Assembly (NCBI GenBank): GCA_963777835.1
Contig: CAVZRK010000006.1
Span: 988,010 to 1,052,009 of the forward strand
DNA length: 64,000 bases
Direction: 5' to 3'
Source of the DNA: an uncultured Gemmatimonadales bacterium
Lineage (GTDB): Bacteria > Gemmatimonadota > Gemmatimonadetes > Gemmatimonadales > GWC2-71-9
Both the position numbers and the translations under genes were made by a program. Below, piece after piece: positions 58,108 through 64,000 of the stretch. The number at the start of each line of letters is the position of its first letter. Within the stretch, counting starts at the first letter, position 1. Below the pieces are notes generated by a model. It ran no database searches. It was not told where the DNA came from and was given only the letters and a program-made list of their open reading frames with translations.

Positions 58108-59118
58108 ATGGCCGACCTCAACAAGATGACCGACTGGGACCAGTTGAAGGCGATGCTGGAAAAGAAGGCGAACGAGTCCGGCCCGAACAAGATCGACGAG
58201 ACCGCCCTCAAGGACCACATGCGCTCCCGGGTCAAGGGCCAGGAACCGATCATCGAGGACGTTGCCAAGCTCCTCCGGCTCCAGTCGGCCAAGCGGACCA
58301 GCGACCGCCCGATCGCCAACCTCCTCTTCCTCGGGCCGACCGGCACCGGGAAGACCGAGCTGGCCAAGGCGATCGCCGAATATCTGTACCAGGACGAGAA
58401 GGCGATGCTCCGCTTCGACTGCTCCGAGTTCACCGGCCCAGAAGCCAAGACCCGGCTCATCGGCACGCCGGCCGGGTACGTGGCGTCCGAAATGGGCGGC
58501 CAGCTGACCCGCCCAGTCCTTTCGAACCCCCGCCGCTTGGTCCTCTTCGACGAAATCGAGAAGGCCTACAGCGAGGTCTTCGACCTCTTCCTGCAGCTGA
58601 TGGGCGAGGCCCGACTCACCGAGCAGGGCTCCGGCAAGACGGTGGACTTTTCCCAGACCATCATCATCCTCACCAGCAACGCCCACGCCGAGCAGATCGG
58701 GAAGATCAAGGCGGAGGTGTCGGATTATCACGAGATGGTCAACGCGGTGAAGAGCTACCTGGCCGACAGCAAGGTGTTCCGCCCCGAGATCCTCGGCCGC
58801 ATCGACCGGGTGTACGTCTTCCAGCCGCTCGAGGGGATGGTCATCGCCGAAATCGCGATCCTCAAGCTGGCCAAGCTCGGCAAGGAGTACGGGGTCAAGG
58901 TCCAGTTCGTCGCCCCGGAACTGCTGGTCCAGGCGCTGATCGCGGGCCAGAAGGTGAGCCGGTTCGGCGTCCGCGAGCTCGACCGGGTGATCTTCGACAT
59001 GTTCGCCCTCCAGCTGACCGAGGCCAAGGAGAACGGCGTCAAGGAAGTCACCATCGACGTCGGCGACGACGGCAATCCGCGGGTGACCCCCGTCGTGCCG
59101 AACGCGCCGTCCGCGTGA
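58108..59118 (+). CDS. orphan single-module AAA+ ATPase of the ClpA/ClpB NBD2 type (soluble)
   Basis: Walker A LLFLGPTGTGKTELAKA. LIGTPAGYVASEMGGQLT (cf. the ClpB GYVG pore-loop region). Walker B LVLFDEIEKA, sensor-1 IILTSN, FRPEILGRIDRVYVF, D2-small-like tail with FGVRELDR. ATG 58108 preferred; ATG 58015 of the ORF track is possible. Confidence 0.75.
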   Translation: MADLNKMTDWDQLKAMLEKKANESGPNKIDETALKDHMRSRVKGQEPIIEDVAKLLRLQSAKRTSDRPIANLLFLGPTGTGKTELAKAIAEYLYQDEKAMLRFDCSEFTGPEAKTRLIGTPAGYVASEMGGQLTRPVLSNPRRLVLFDEIEKAYSEVFDLFLQLMGEARLTEQGSGKTVDFSQTIIILTSNAHAEQIGKIKAEVSDYHEMVNAVKSYLADSKVFRPEILGRIDRVYVFQPLEGMVIAEIAILKLAKLGKEYGVKVQFVAPELLVQALIAGQKVSRFGVRELDRVIFDMFALQLTEAKENGVKEVTIDVGDDGNPRVTPVVPNAPSA

Positions 59119-59163
59119 ACTCACACTACCACCCTGCCCCACTCCGCTCCGAGGTGACGCCGC

Positions 59164-60090
59164 ATGGCTACTGGACCTGACGCCGGCGGGCCGCGCGGCC
59201 CCGATCGCATCCGCCCCGCCTCTTCCTCCCCGCGCGGACGGGACGCGGAGCCGGTCGCCGGCCGCGGCGGCGCCTACAGCGCACCGCCCCCGGCCGATCC
59301 CTCCGGAGGGCCCGGCAAGGGGAAGCGTTCGACCCCGTGGTGGCTGCTCGGCGCGGTGGCCGTGGTCCTCGTCGGAGGCATGCTTTACCAGGGCACCATC
59401 GGCGGCGCACCGACCCAGCCGCCGGCAGTCGAGCAGACGACTTCCGCGGCCGTGACCGTGCTGGCCCTCGGCACGGCGGACATTGACCAGCCCGCGACCG
59501 ATCTCGCCAAGGCGCTTATCGCCGAGGGCGCCCTCCCCGCCCCGCCGAAGGGGCCGTCTGCAGCGACGGTGCCGGCGGGCCCGCCCCCCACGACCACAAC
59601 CGACGCACCGACCGCCGCTCCCGACGTCGCGCCGCCTGCGGCTGCGACGCCCCAACCCGCGCCGGTGGTCCACCGCCCGAAGCCTGCGCCCGACAGCCCG
59701 AAGCCGGCCGCGCCGGCCCCGGCGCCCGTGGCGGAGACCGAACAGGCGGTTCGCCAGATGCTCGCCCAGGCCCCCGAAGAGACGCGTGCCGGGATTGCCG
59801 ACGGCCGGCAGGTCATCTACAGCCTCCACGTCCTCGACGACATCGCGGAAGACGGCGACATCGTCGAGATCTTCGTGAACGGCACCTCCTACGGCCGGAT
59901 CCTGCTCAGCAACGCCGGCCAGGACGTGCTGATCCCGCTCCCGGTCGGCACGAACGCGCAGGTGCATGTGCTCGCGGTCCAGGACGGTGGCGGCGGAGTG
60001 ACTTTCGGCGTGACCACTTCCCAGGGCGAGATCCGCAGCACCGTGATGCCTCAGGGCGGCAGCGACGACTGGAGCGTGACGATCCAATGA
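59164..60090 (+). CDS. bitopic membrane protein: Arg-rich N-terminus, one TM helix, Pro/Ala/Thr-rich linker, unknown ~110-aa C-terminal domain
   Basis: GAGGTGA RBS 8 nt upstream. TM WWLLGAVAVVLVGGMLY. Linker …PPKGPSAATVPAGPPPTTTTDAPTAAPDVAPPAAATPQPAPVVHRPKPAPDSPKPAAPAPAP…. C-terminal beta-rich part …IVEIFVNGTSYGRILLSNAGQDVLIPLPVGTNAQVHVLAVQDGGGGVTFGV…. The stop overlaps the next ATG (ATGA). Confidence 0.65.
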   Translation: MATGPDAGGPRGPDRIRPASSSPRGRDAEPVAGRGGAYSAPPPADPSGGPGKGKRSTPWWLLGAVAVVLVGGMLYQGTIGGAPTQPPAVEQTTSAAVTVLALGTADIDQPATDLAKALIAEGALPAPPKGPSAATVPAGPPPTTTTDAPTAAPDVAPPAAATPQPAPVVHRPKPAPDSPKPAAPAPAPVAETEQAVRQMLAQAPEETRAGIADGRQVIYSLHVLDDIAEDGDIVEIFVNGTSYGRILLSNAGQDVLIPLPVGTNAQVHVLAVQDGGGGVTFGVTTSQGEIRSTVMPQGGSDDWSVTIQ

Positions 60091-61214
60091 CCAGAGCGGA
60101 ATCGCAGGCGGCGCCATACCAGTTGATCATGATGGTGGTGATCCTGTCCGGCGCCGTCATCGGCCTCAACCGCGTCAGTCCCCTGATCGCGCCGGGCATC
60201 CTGGCGGCGTCGCTCGTGGGGATCGCCGTCCTCCTGCTTCGCGGCCGGGCGGAGGCACGGCGGGAAGCCGGCAGGGCGCATCTGGTGGATCACGCCAAGC
60301 TCAACAAGATGTCCATCAACCGGTTCTTGCCGTGGCTCAAGGAAAACGTGCGCGGGCAGGACGCCGTCGTGGACGTGATCTTCTCCGAGCTCGAACGGGG
60401 GCTGAAGCTGGCCAAGCCGGGGCGGACGATCGGCGCCTTTCTTCTCGTGGGCCCGACTGGCACCGGCAAGACCTTTCTGTCCACGCTCATCGGGCAGGCG
60501 CTCTTCCCGAACTCCAAGCCGGTGGTGCTCCGGATGAACCAGTACAAGCACCCCGACGACGTCTACACCCTGCTCGGCCCGCCGCCCGGCATGCCCGGGT
60601 ACGAGGTGGGCGGCGCGTTGACCCGCCCGGTGCTGGAGAACCCGTACCGTGTGGTGATCTTCGACGAAATCGAAAAGTCGCACAAGGACGTCCAGCATTG
60701 CCTCTACGACGTGCTCGACGCCGGCAACTGCCGAGAGAAGAGCTCGGGCAAGCTGGTGGACTTCAGCGGCACCGTCTTCTTCGCGACCTCCAACGCAGCG
60801 GTGCCCGCCCTGCGGCAGATCCGCGCGCAATCGAAGGACGCCGCGACGTGGCTGGGACAGAGCCGGGACGCGCTGGCCGACGCCGGCGGCTTCGACAAGG
60901 CGTTCCTGGCGCGCTGGACCGGGATCTACCTGATGGACGAGCTGCACCCCATGCACGTGGCCGAAGTGGCGTGCCTGCAGCTGGCCTCGCATTGGAAGGA
61001 GTATGACATCGAGGTGGCGCACGCCTCCCCCGAGGTCATCCTGAGCGCGGTGGAAGGCAACGAGGCGTTCAAGGAGTACGGCGTGCGCCAGCTGGGCGCT
61101 TACCTCCAGACCGTCACGAAGGACGCGATCCTGAAGGCCAAGGAAGACGGCGCCAAGAAGGTGTGGCTCGGGGTCGGGCCGGACCGTTCCCTCTCCATCT
61201 CACGGACGGAGTAG
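60087..61214 (+). CDS. membrane-anchored AAA+ ATPase of the ClpA/ClpB NBD2 type (two N-terminal TM helices)
   Basis: TM hairpin YQLIMMVVILSGAVIGL / ILAASLVGIAVLLL. Walker A FLLVGPTGTGKTFLSTL. LLGPPPGMPGYEVGGALT. Walker B VVIFDEIEKS, sensor-1 FFATSN, D2-small-like tail with YGVRQLGAYL. Confidence 0.75.
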   Translation: MTRAESQAAPYQLIMMVVILSGAVIGLNRVSPLIAPGILAASLVGIAVLLLRGRAEARREAGRAHLVDHAKLNKMSINRFLPWLKENVRGQDAVVDVIFSELERGLKLAKPGRTIGAFLLVGPTGTGKTFLSTLIGQALFPNSKPVVLRMNQYKHPDDVYTLLGPPPGMPGYEVGGALTRPVLENPYRVVIFDEIEKSHKDVQHCLYDVLDAGNCREKSSGKLVDFSGTVFFATSNAAVPALRQIRAQSKDAATWLGQSRDALADAGGFDKAFLARWTGIYLMDELHPMHVAEVACLQLASHWKEYDIEVAHASPEVILSAVEGNEAFKEYGVRQLGAYLQTVTKDAILKAKEDGAKKVWLGVGPDRSLSISRTE

Positions 61215-61216
61215 CC

Positions 61217-62458
61217 GTGCGTCCACTTCGCAGCGACCCCTGGTTCCAGGCCTTCGCCATCCTGGCCGTCGTGTCCGCGGGCGTCACCGCCATGAACTTC
61301 GTCCCAGGGCTCGGCGGGGCCGGCAAGGCGCCGGCTCCGCAGACCGCAGCCGTGCCTGACACCAGCGGTTCCGACTCCGTCCCTCCGGCCGACACGGCCA
61401 AGAAGCCCGCCGCGACCCCACCCGACACTACGGCGGTTGCACAGGCGGCACCCGCTGCCACGCAGCCCCCGGCCACGGTCGCGAGCAAGCCGGTCACGAC
61501 GCAGGCGGCTCCCCCGGCGGGCACCGGAGCCGCCAAGCCGGCCGCCACGCCCCCGGCCTCGCCACCCCCCGCGGGAGGCAAGCCCTCCAAGGCGATCGTG
61601 GGGGCCGACTCCGGGTTCATTTCGGAGGTCGCGTTCGCCGACGCCAAGAACGGCATCCTGGTCGGCACGGGCGGCCTGGTAGCCCGGACCACCGACGGCG
61701 GCGTCACCTGGACCCCGTCCGGGCCAGAACTCACGCCGAAGACCCGCATGCTGACGGTGAGTTACCTCTCCGCGCGCGACGTCCTCATCGCGGGCGGCGG
61801 AGGGCATATGTACCGCTCGACCGACGGCGGGAGCAGCTGGACGTTCGTGGAGCGGAGCTCGGCAGGCCTGATCATCCATCTCGCGCTGCGCGGCCAGCAG
61901 GCGGTGGCCGTCGGAGGGAGCGGGCTCATGCTCCGCTCGAGCGACGGCGGAGCGACGTGGCGCGAGGTCCGGGCCGGCGTCTCGACGGGGCTCCTCTACG
62001 CCGCGTTCGCCGGGCAGGACAACGTCGTGGCCGTCGGGAAGGACGGCATGGTCCTGCGCTCGAAGGACGGCGGGCAGACCTGGACCCAGATCAAGGCCGG
62101 CACCTCGAAGTCCCTGGCAGGCATCGCCATGCTCGGCGGCGGCAAGGGATTCGTGGTGGGAGACGGCGGGACGATCCTGGAGACGGCCGACGGTGGCGCG
62201 ACCTGGGACCCGGTCACCGCCCCGACCAACGTGGACCTGACGGCCGTCGCCTTCGCCGACGACCAGAGGGGGATTGCGGTCGGCGCCCACGGCGCCATCC
62301 TCCTCACCGAGGACGGCGGGAAGACCTGGCGGGCGCGGCCCACGGGGCAGAACGTCACACTGAGCTCGGTGGCCTTTGCCGGCACCCGGACCGTCGTCGC
62401 GGTCGGGAGCAAGGGACTCGTCCTGAGGAGCGCGGACGGCGGCCAGACCTGGCAGTAG
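61217..62458 (+). CDS. membrane-anchored seven-bladed BNR/Asp-box beta-propeller (Ycf48/HCF136-like)
   Basis: GTG 61217, 2 nt after the preceding stop (the track start 61163 overlaps the upstream gene). TM FQAFAILAVVSAGVTAM. Pro/Ala/Thr linker. Seven S/T-x-D-G-G-x-T/S-W boxes (TTDGGVTW, STDGGSSW, SSDGGATW, SKDGGQTW, TADGGATW, TEDGGKTW, SADGGQTW). Confidence 0.7.
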   Translation: MRPLRSDPWFQAFAILAVVSAGVTAMNFVPGLGGAGKAPAPQTAAVPDTSGSDSVPPADTAKKPAATPPDTTAVAQAAPAATQPPATVASKPVTTQAAPPAGTGAAKPAATPPASPPPAGGKPSKAIVGADSGFISEVAFADAKNGILVGTGGLVARTTDGGVTWTPSGPELTPKTRMLTVSYLSARDVLIAGGGGHMYRSTDGGSSWTFVERSSAGLIIHLALRGQQAVAVGGSGLMLRSSDGGATWREVRAGVSTGLLYAAFAGQDNVVAVGKDGMVLRSKDGGQTWTQIKAGTSKSLAGIAMLGGGKGFVVGDGGTILETADGGATWDPVTAPTNVDLTAVAFADDQRGIAVGAHGAILLTEDGGKTWRARPTGQNVTLSSVAFAGTRTVVAVGSKGLVLRSADGGQTWQ

Positions 62459-62497
62459 GCGCCGTCAGTCAGTCGCCAGCACGCACTTGCATGCAAT

Positions 62498-62531
62498 TCG
62501 GCCCCCGGTCCAGCGATGGACCGGGGGCCGA
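62498..62531. terminator. bidirectional GC-rich hairpin between convergent genes
   Basis: TCGGCCCCCGGTCCA-GCGA-TGGACCGGGGGCCGA, a 15-bp perfect stem between the stop at 62458 (+) and the stop at 62549 (-). Only short T tracts flank it. Confidence 0.55.
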
Positions 62532-62548
62532 TTCGCGATCAGACCTGC

Positions 62549-63022
62549 TCAGTCGCTCAGAAACTTGATGTAGGACTTCACCTGGGCGCCGTACAACTTG
62601 ATCCAGGCCTTGATGATGTCGTCCGTGACCCCACCCGCAAAGTCCAGGTCGCTCTCGAGCACCGGGTTGCCGTCGTCATCGGCATAGGCGCGGCCGAAGC
62701 GGTGGTCCGCGTTCCACTCATTCATCTGCTTGGCGTTGACCTGGGTGTCGCCGAACCCGATGTACAGCTGGGCATCGGTATTGTCGTTCGCCATGATGAG
62801 CAGGACCTTCTTGCCGTCGAGGTCCACACGCCACGACGTGTCGCTCTTCTTTTCGAAGTCGAGGCCCATGCTGCTCAGGATCGATTCCATGTGCTTGGCC
62901 GAGACCGAGCTCATGATTTCCTGGGCGCTGGCGGTTGCGGGACGCGCGGCGGCGGCCAGCATGACGAGGCCGATTGCGGCAAGCGCCGCGCGGGCGGCGC
63001 CTCGGGACGAGCGGTTGAACAT
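62549..63022 (-). CDS. YbjN-like (putative sensory-transduction-regulator fold) protein with a signal peptide
   Basis: 157 aa. Signal peptide …AALAAIGLVMLAAAARPATASAQE. The body (…FEKKSDTSWRVDLDGKKVLLIMANDNTDAQLYIGF…DLDFAGGVTDDIIKAWI…) resembles YbjN/T3SS-chaperone-like domains. Confidence 0.5.
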   Translation of the reverse strand: MFNRSSRGAARAALAAIGLVMLAAAARPATASAQEIMSSVSAKHMESILSSMGLDFEKKSDTSWRVDLDGKKVLLIMANDNTDAQLYIGFGDTQVNAKQMNEWNADHRFGRAYADDDGNPVLESDLDFAGGVTDDIIKAWIKLYGAQVKSYIKFLSD

Positions 63023-63097
63023 TGAGGATCTCCGGGAGGGGTAAGTGAGAAGAGCATCCAGAATTTGGCGCCCAGCACCCGCGGGTACAAGGCCCGC

Positions 63098-64000
63098 CTA
63101 GCCGACCCTCCACTTGGTCCCGCCCGGCCCGTCTTCCAGCGTGACCCCCCGCCCCGCCAGTTCATCGCGGATGGCGTCCGCCTTCGCGAAGTCCCGGGCC
63201 TGCCGCGCCGCCCGCCGGGCCTGGATCCGTTCCTCGACCCACGCCGCCAGCTCCGCGTCCGCCGCCTTCGGAGTCGGGAGCACGTCCAGCACGCCCGCCG
63301 CCCAGCGGAACGCCTCCCGGGCAGGCCCGGAGGCCCCGGCGCCCCGGTCGAGGGCCCGGTTCCCGGCGGTCACGAAGTCGAACAGCGCGGCCACCGCCCG
63401 GGGGGCGTTGAGGTCGTCGTCCAGGGCCGCCGTGAACTGCTCCCGAAGCAGGGTGGCCGCCCCCTCGAGTTCCGCGGTCGCCGCGGCGCCCACGGCGCCG
63501 TTCGGCGCGGCCGGCGCACCCTCGAGCCGGGCGGCGAAGTCCCCCAGCCGCCGGAGCCCCGCCACCGCCTGCGCGATGGACTCGTCGTTCAGGTCGAGCC
63601 GCTGGCGATAGTGGGTCTGGAAGAAGAAGAGCCGGAGCGCCGCCGCATCGACGCCGTCTTCCTTGAGGTCCCGGGCCGTCGTGATGTTGCCGAATCGCTT
63701 CGACATCTTGGCGCCGCGGATGTTCAGGAATTCCGCGTGCATCCAGACCCGCGCGAAGTCCGGCTTCCCGGTGTGCGCGCAGCTCTGGGCGATCTCGTCT
63801 TCGTGGTGCGGAAAAATCAGGTCCACGCCGCCGCAGTGGATGTCGAGGACGTCCCCGCCCCACTTTTCCCGCAGCAGGTCGAGCGCCATGGCGGAGCACT
63901 CGAGGTGCCAGCCCGGACGCCCTCGGCCGAAGGGCGCGTCCCACGCCGCCTTCACCGCCTCGTCGTCGGGCTGCGCCGCCTTCCAGAGCACGAAGTCCCG
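63098..64000 (-). CDS. cysS: cysteine--tRNA ligase, N-terminus outside the window
   Basis: …GWHLECSAMA…FPHHEDEIAQS…KMSKRFGN… and the C-terminal anticodon-binding/DALR-like part. The frame is open to nt 64000. Confidence 0.9.
   Translation of the reverse strand, partial: RDFVLWKAAQPDDEAVKAAWDAPFGRGRPGWHLECSAMALDLLREKWGGDVLDIHCGGVDLIFPHHEDEIAQSCAHTGKPDFARVWMHAEFLNIRGAKMSKRFGNITTARDLKEDGVDAAALRLFFFQTHYRQRLDLNDESIAQAVAGLRRLGDFAARLEGAPAAPNGAVGAAATAELEGAATLLREQFTAALDDDLNAPRAVAALFDFVTAGNRALDRGAGASGPAREAFRWAAGVLDVLPTPKAADAELAAWVEERIQARRAARQARDFAKADAIRDELAGRGVTLEDGPGGTKWRVG

Overview
This is a 64-kb segment of a visibly high-GC bacterial chromosome. Protein sequences and gene order look Gemmatimonadota-like, but I cannot verify taxonomy without a database search. 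Real genes separate easily from the many long Arg/Ala/Gly/Pro-rich shadow ORFs.

Layout:
- Core (27.0-57.8 kb, all minus strand): one contiguous translation/transcription supercluster. It runs tRNA-Thr(TGT), tRNA-Tyr, tRNA-Gly, tRNA-Thr(GGT), rpmG-secE-nusG-rplK-rplA-rplJ-rplL-rpoB-rpoC, then an inserted stand-alone lipoprotein metalloprotease gene, then rpsL-rpsG-fusA-tuf, the S10 and spc ribosomal operons, and secY-adk-map.
- Left arm (1-27 kb): a partial OMP-like protein and a frame-broken arylsulfatase flanked by a REP-like palindrome. Next comes an overlapping operon (LOR/SDH-like protein, small ORF, fur-family regulator, ccdA). The arm continues with a membrane-anchored PI-PLC-like protein, priA, a dipeptide epimerase, an HDAC-family deacetylase, a secreted YVTN beta-propeller, a zincin, a PLP Cys/Met enzyme and glyQS. 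It ends with a type IV minor-pilin cluster carrying a candidate sigma-54 promoter, purA, an M28 peptidase, pilT and trpS.
- Right arm (57.9-62.5 kb, plus strand): a compact four-gene operon that I cannot assign to any described system, followed by a YbjN-like secreted protein and cysS (partial).

Best candidate for a novel system: the four-gene operon at 58108-62458. It encodes two orphan ClpB-NBD2-type AAA+ ATPases, one soluble and one membrane-anchored. These alternate with two bitopic membrane proteins that carry extracytoplasmic domains: one unknown beta-rich domain and one seven-Asp-box Ycf48/BNR-like propeller.

Technical caveat: about 15 single-base frame breaks occur, nearly all net +1, including in essential genes (rpoB x2, rplR x2, rplX, secY, glyQS). 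The sequence therefore very likely carries indel errors. Frame-broken genes should not be called true pseudogenes without read-level support.

Non-coding features: recurrent small intergenic repeat families (heptamer GGACTGA arrays, an octamer CACGAAAR inverted array, a 41-43-nt palindromic element), several intra-operon terminator-like hairpins, and two look-alike sigma-70 promoters.
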